A DNA stretch of 64,000 bases from Octopus sinensis. Its lineage: Eukaryota. The notes beneath the pieces were generated by a model. It was not told the origin of the DNA. It ran no database searches and saw only the letters and a program-made list of their open reading frames with translations. The DNA lies in assembly GCF_006345805.1 (NCBI RefSeq), contig NC_043008.1, positions 12,276,001 through 12,340,000 on the forward strand, in the 5' to 3' direction. Shown here in pieces: positions 61,111 to 64,000 of the stretch. Within the stretch, counting starts at the first letter, position 1. Each line of letters opens with the position of its first letter. A program made the position numbers and the translations under genes.

Positions 61111-61669
61111 TTTTTTATATACATGTTAGTAACAGAAGCAGTGTCAATACATTGAGGTGATATTCATCCCCAATCAAACATGTATGTTGTGTTACAACAA
61201 GCTATACGGTAGTAGATACCACGAGAGAGCTTCTTATATTGCCTCTTGGCACAAAAATGCACTCTTGTTTACACACACACACACTGGGCCTCCACATTGG
61301 TTATTGTATCAAATCCACTAACAAGGCACTAGTTGGCCCAGGGTTGTAGTAAAGGATTTTTTAGTCAAGATGCCATGCAGTGGAACTGAACCCACATCCA
61401 GGTGATTGCAAAGCAAATGTCTTAACCACACAGCCACACCTGTGCTTATGAAATGCTATTTTAAAAACTAATTGATTTGTTATCGTATTGATTCTTGTGC
61501 TACACCTGCAAACATTAGTTAATCATTAAAAAGTGGACAAGAACATTTTAAATTACAATTTGAAATGTTTTTCTTACCTGTAGAGATTTATGTTAAGACA
61601 GCTGGTCTTTGTTTATTTGCACTGAAATGGATTTAGCCATCAGTGAAGTTGAATAAAATCTTACTTTAC

Positions 61670-61890
61670 ATTATTCTCTTTTCTACTCTAGGCACAAAGC
61701 CCAAAATTTTTGGGGGAGGGGACCAGTTGATTAGATCAAACCCAGTATGCAACTGGTACTTAATTTATTGACCCCTCCAAAAATTGAAAGGCCAAGTTGA
61801 CCTAGGTGGAATTTGAACTCAGAACGTAAAGACAGACGAAATACTGCTAAGCATTTTGCCTGGCATGCTAATGATTCTGCCAGCTTGCCA
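61670..61890 (-). mobile_element. SINE family B
   Basis: reverse-complement head and cccctccc/gccttgtgcc tail. Confidence 0.85.
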
Positions 61891-62393
61891 CAAATATGGT
61901 TGTGTAGTTTAGAAACTCGTTTTGCAACCCACAAAGAATAATCTCTAATTCGAGCCTGCTCTAAGCTACTGAGAATGTGTGTGGCAACTTGAAGATCCAC
62001 CCACCACACACGGTGGTTGCGATGGTTGGCGGTTGCATGGGTGCAAAAGCTACGTTGTTATCCTCATTCCGTAAACGGTGGCTCTTTTAATGGGTGGAGA
62101 GCTGAACCATCCTGGGGTACAGAGGATTCGCAATCTAGACTAGGGTCTGAAAGTTTACCACACCATAGTGGGTTACACCATGGTTCCTCAGCTTTGTGGC
62201 AGAAGTAGGAAGAAAGAGTGAGAGAAAGTCGTGGCAAAAGAGTACAGTGGGGTTCACCACCACCCCATGCCAGAACCTCGTGAAGCTTAGGTGTTTGTGT
62301 TCAATAAACACTTACAATGCTCGGTGTGGGAATCGAAACCGCACTCTTACGACTGCGAGTCCGCTGCCCTAACCACTGAGCCATTGTGCCTCC
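61888..62393 (-). mobile_element. Family E tRNA head followed by a ~320-bp unique body
   Basis: ggaggcacaatggctcagtggttagggcagcggactcgcagtcg...gtttcgattccc, then divergent sequence. Confidence 0.65.
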
Positions 62394-63164
62394 ACATTAA
62401 TTTCTGTTCGATCATCCATCTGATGACAGCATAGAAAATGAGACATTAAAGAGGGACGAGAAGGGGGATAAATAAATTGTTAACGGATGTAGTTTCGTGT
62501 GACTCTGTCCTACAATTTCCTTAGTTTGAACCTTCATGGATTTGAACTCTGAATGTAAAGGGCCAAAACTAAATACCTCAAGCACTTCGTCTGTATTAGT
62601 GAATAAGCTTCAATTGGCAACCGAAAGTAGATTAGTAACTTAGTTTGCCAGGAAGTAACCTTTTTGTTTATGGAGGCCTACTCTGTATGTGTGTGGGTTT
62701 TTTTTGTAAAAATCATCTCCGAAGAAGAATCTACTTTCATAACAGAATTACAAAACAGAAAAAATACAATTAAGCGTTGCTTTTGGAATTCATTATAATT
62801 ACTCAAAGACGATTATTGAAATTTTTATTTTTGAAAAAAAATTTTTTTTTTTGCTCGTTGAAGAAATAAAATGAAGGTATTCGAAATCTTAAATAAATCT
62901 GTAAACATTTACATTCCTTCGAAAGTTTATTTTTAAAAATTTTATCTCATCTTTATTTTTTCTCTCTCTGTAAAAAACCTGTAAATACATTTTACTGTGT
63001 ATGTCTCGAGAAAGGAATTCTAATGATTAAAACTTAAGTAGGCAAGTAGCTAATGGTTAAAAAAGATTGAAAAGCTGTAAGTTTAACAAAAGAAAAATCA
63101 GATGCATTTGACAAAGACTGATTAAGATTCATCTTTAACATATGATGACTTAGGCAGCTCTGTT

Positions 63165-63189
63165 TTTATTATCATTATTACTATTATTA

Positions 63190-63252
<63 letters not shown>

Positions 63253-63301
63253 CATCATTCTTCTTCTTCTTCTTCTATTATTATTATTATTATTATTATC
63301 A

Positions 63302-63335
<34 letters not shown>

Positions 63336-63351
63336 CATCATCATCATCATT

Positions 63352-63382
<31 letters not shown>

Positions 63383-63439
63383 TATTATTATTATTATCAT
63401 CTTCTTCTTCTTCTTCTATTATTATTATTATTATTATCA

Positions 63440-63487
<48 letters not shown>

Positions 63488-63542
63488 CATCATCATCATC
63501 ATCATCATCATCATTATTATTATTATTATTATTGTTATTATT

Positions 63543-63602
<60 letters not shown>

Positions 63603-63633
63603 GTTATTATCATCATCATCATCAACATCATCA

Positions 63634-63685
<52 letters not shown>

Positions 63686-63702
63686 CATTATTATTATTAT
63701 TA
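63165..63702. repeat. ~540-bp compound (ATT)/(ATC)/(CTT) trinucleotide field
   Basis: directly visible. Confidence 0.97.
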
Positions 63703-64000
63703 GTAAATACTAGACATAGGTAGAGTGTGAACGCTTAGTAGAAAGAGAAGATATGAACTTCTTGTGAAGCGATATATCTGCCACTAACGGTTATTATAAT
63801 TGTCAATACCATATGTCAGTGTTCAGAGTGAAGTTCAGAAGGTAAATAATATTTGCACGTTTAAAATGGATCTCTTAAAACACTAAATGTACGGAAACGC
63901 AATCCTCTTAATTGTACAAAAAGTCTATTAAGAAAACAAAATGTAAATATAAATTCGTAATTTCCTACTTACAAACATTACAATCTGGTAATTTAATGTG

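Noticed and set aside
61950-62210. Possible HDV-like ribozyme in the E-headed body (gagga...gcgaa-tcctc fits P2 and J4/2)
   Set aside because: No L3 with a pyrimidine pair for P1.1 and no P1/P3 register compatible with GG after P1'; the middle folds as a simple 9-bp hairpin.

Overview
AT-rich, repeat-saturated eukaryotic DNA, probably intronic or intergenic. The SINE families and extreme microsatellite load point to a coleoid cephalopod, most likely Octopus (inference). No host gene is confidently identifiable. Almost all ORFs in the supplied track are microsatellite or SINE artefacts, and four GC-richer unique islands are only low-confidence exon candidates. The window holds dozens of tRNA-headed SINE copies from at least six families (my working labels A-F), decayed LINE ends (RTE, HERO-like), non-autonomous Helitrons, TTAA-flanked and mariner MITEs, a mariner transposase remnant, nested insertions and several tandem duplications that break inside microsatellites. 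The main unexpected signal is a set of minimal hammerhead ribozymes (HHR) of the Penelope-like-element (PLE) type in four different repeat families. All share an extra A after CUGANGA and a 4-nt, palindromic or near-palindromic stem III. One family (F; 36301-36745 and 52410-52695) fuses a tRNA-like Pol III head, an (AAT)n tract and an intact HHR, making it a candidate self-cleaving SINE. Most repeat boundaries are approximate (about +/-10-20 bp).
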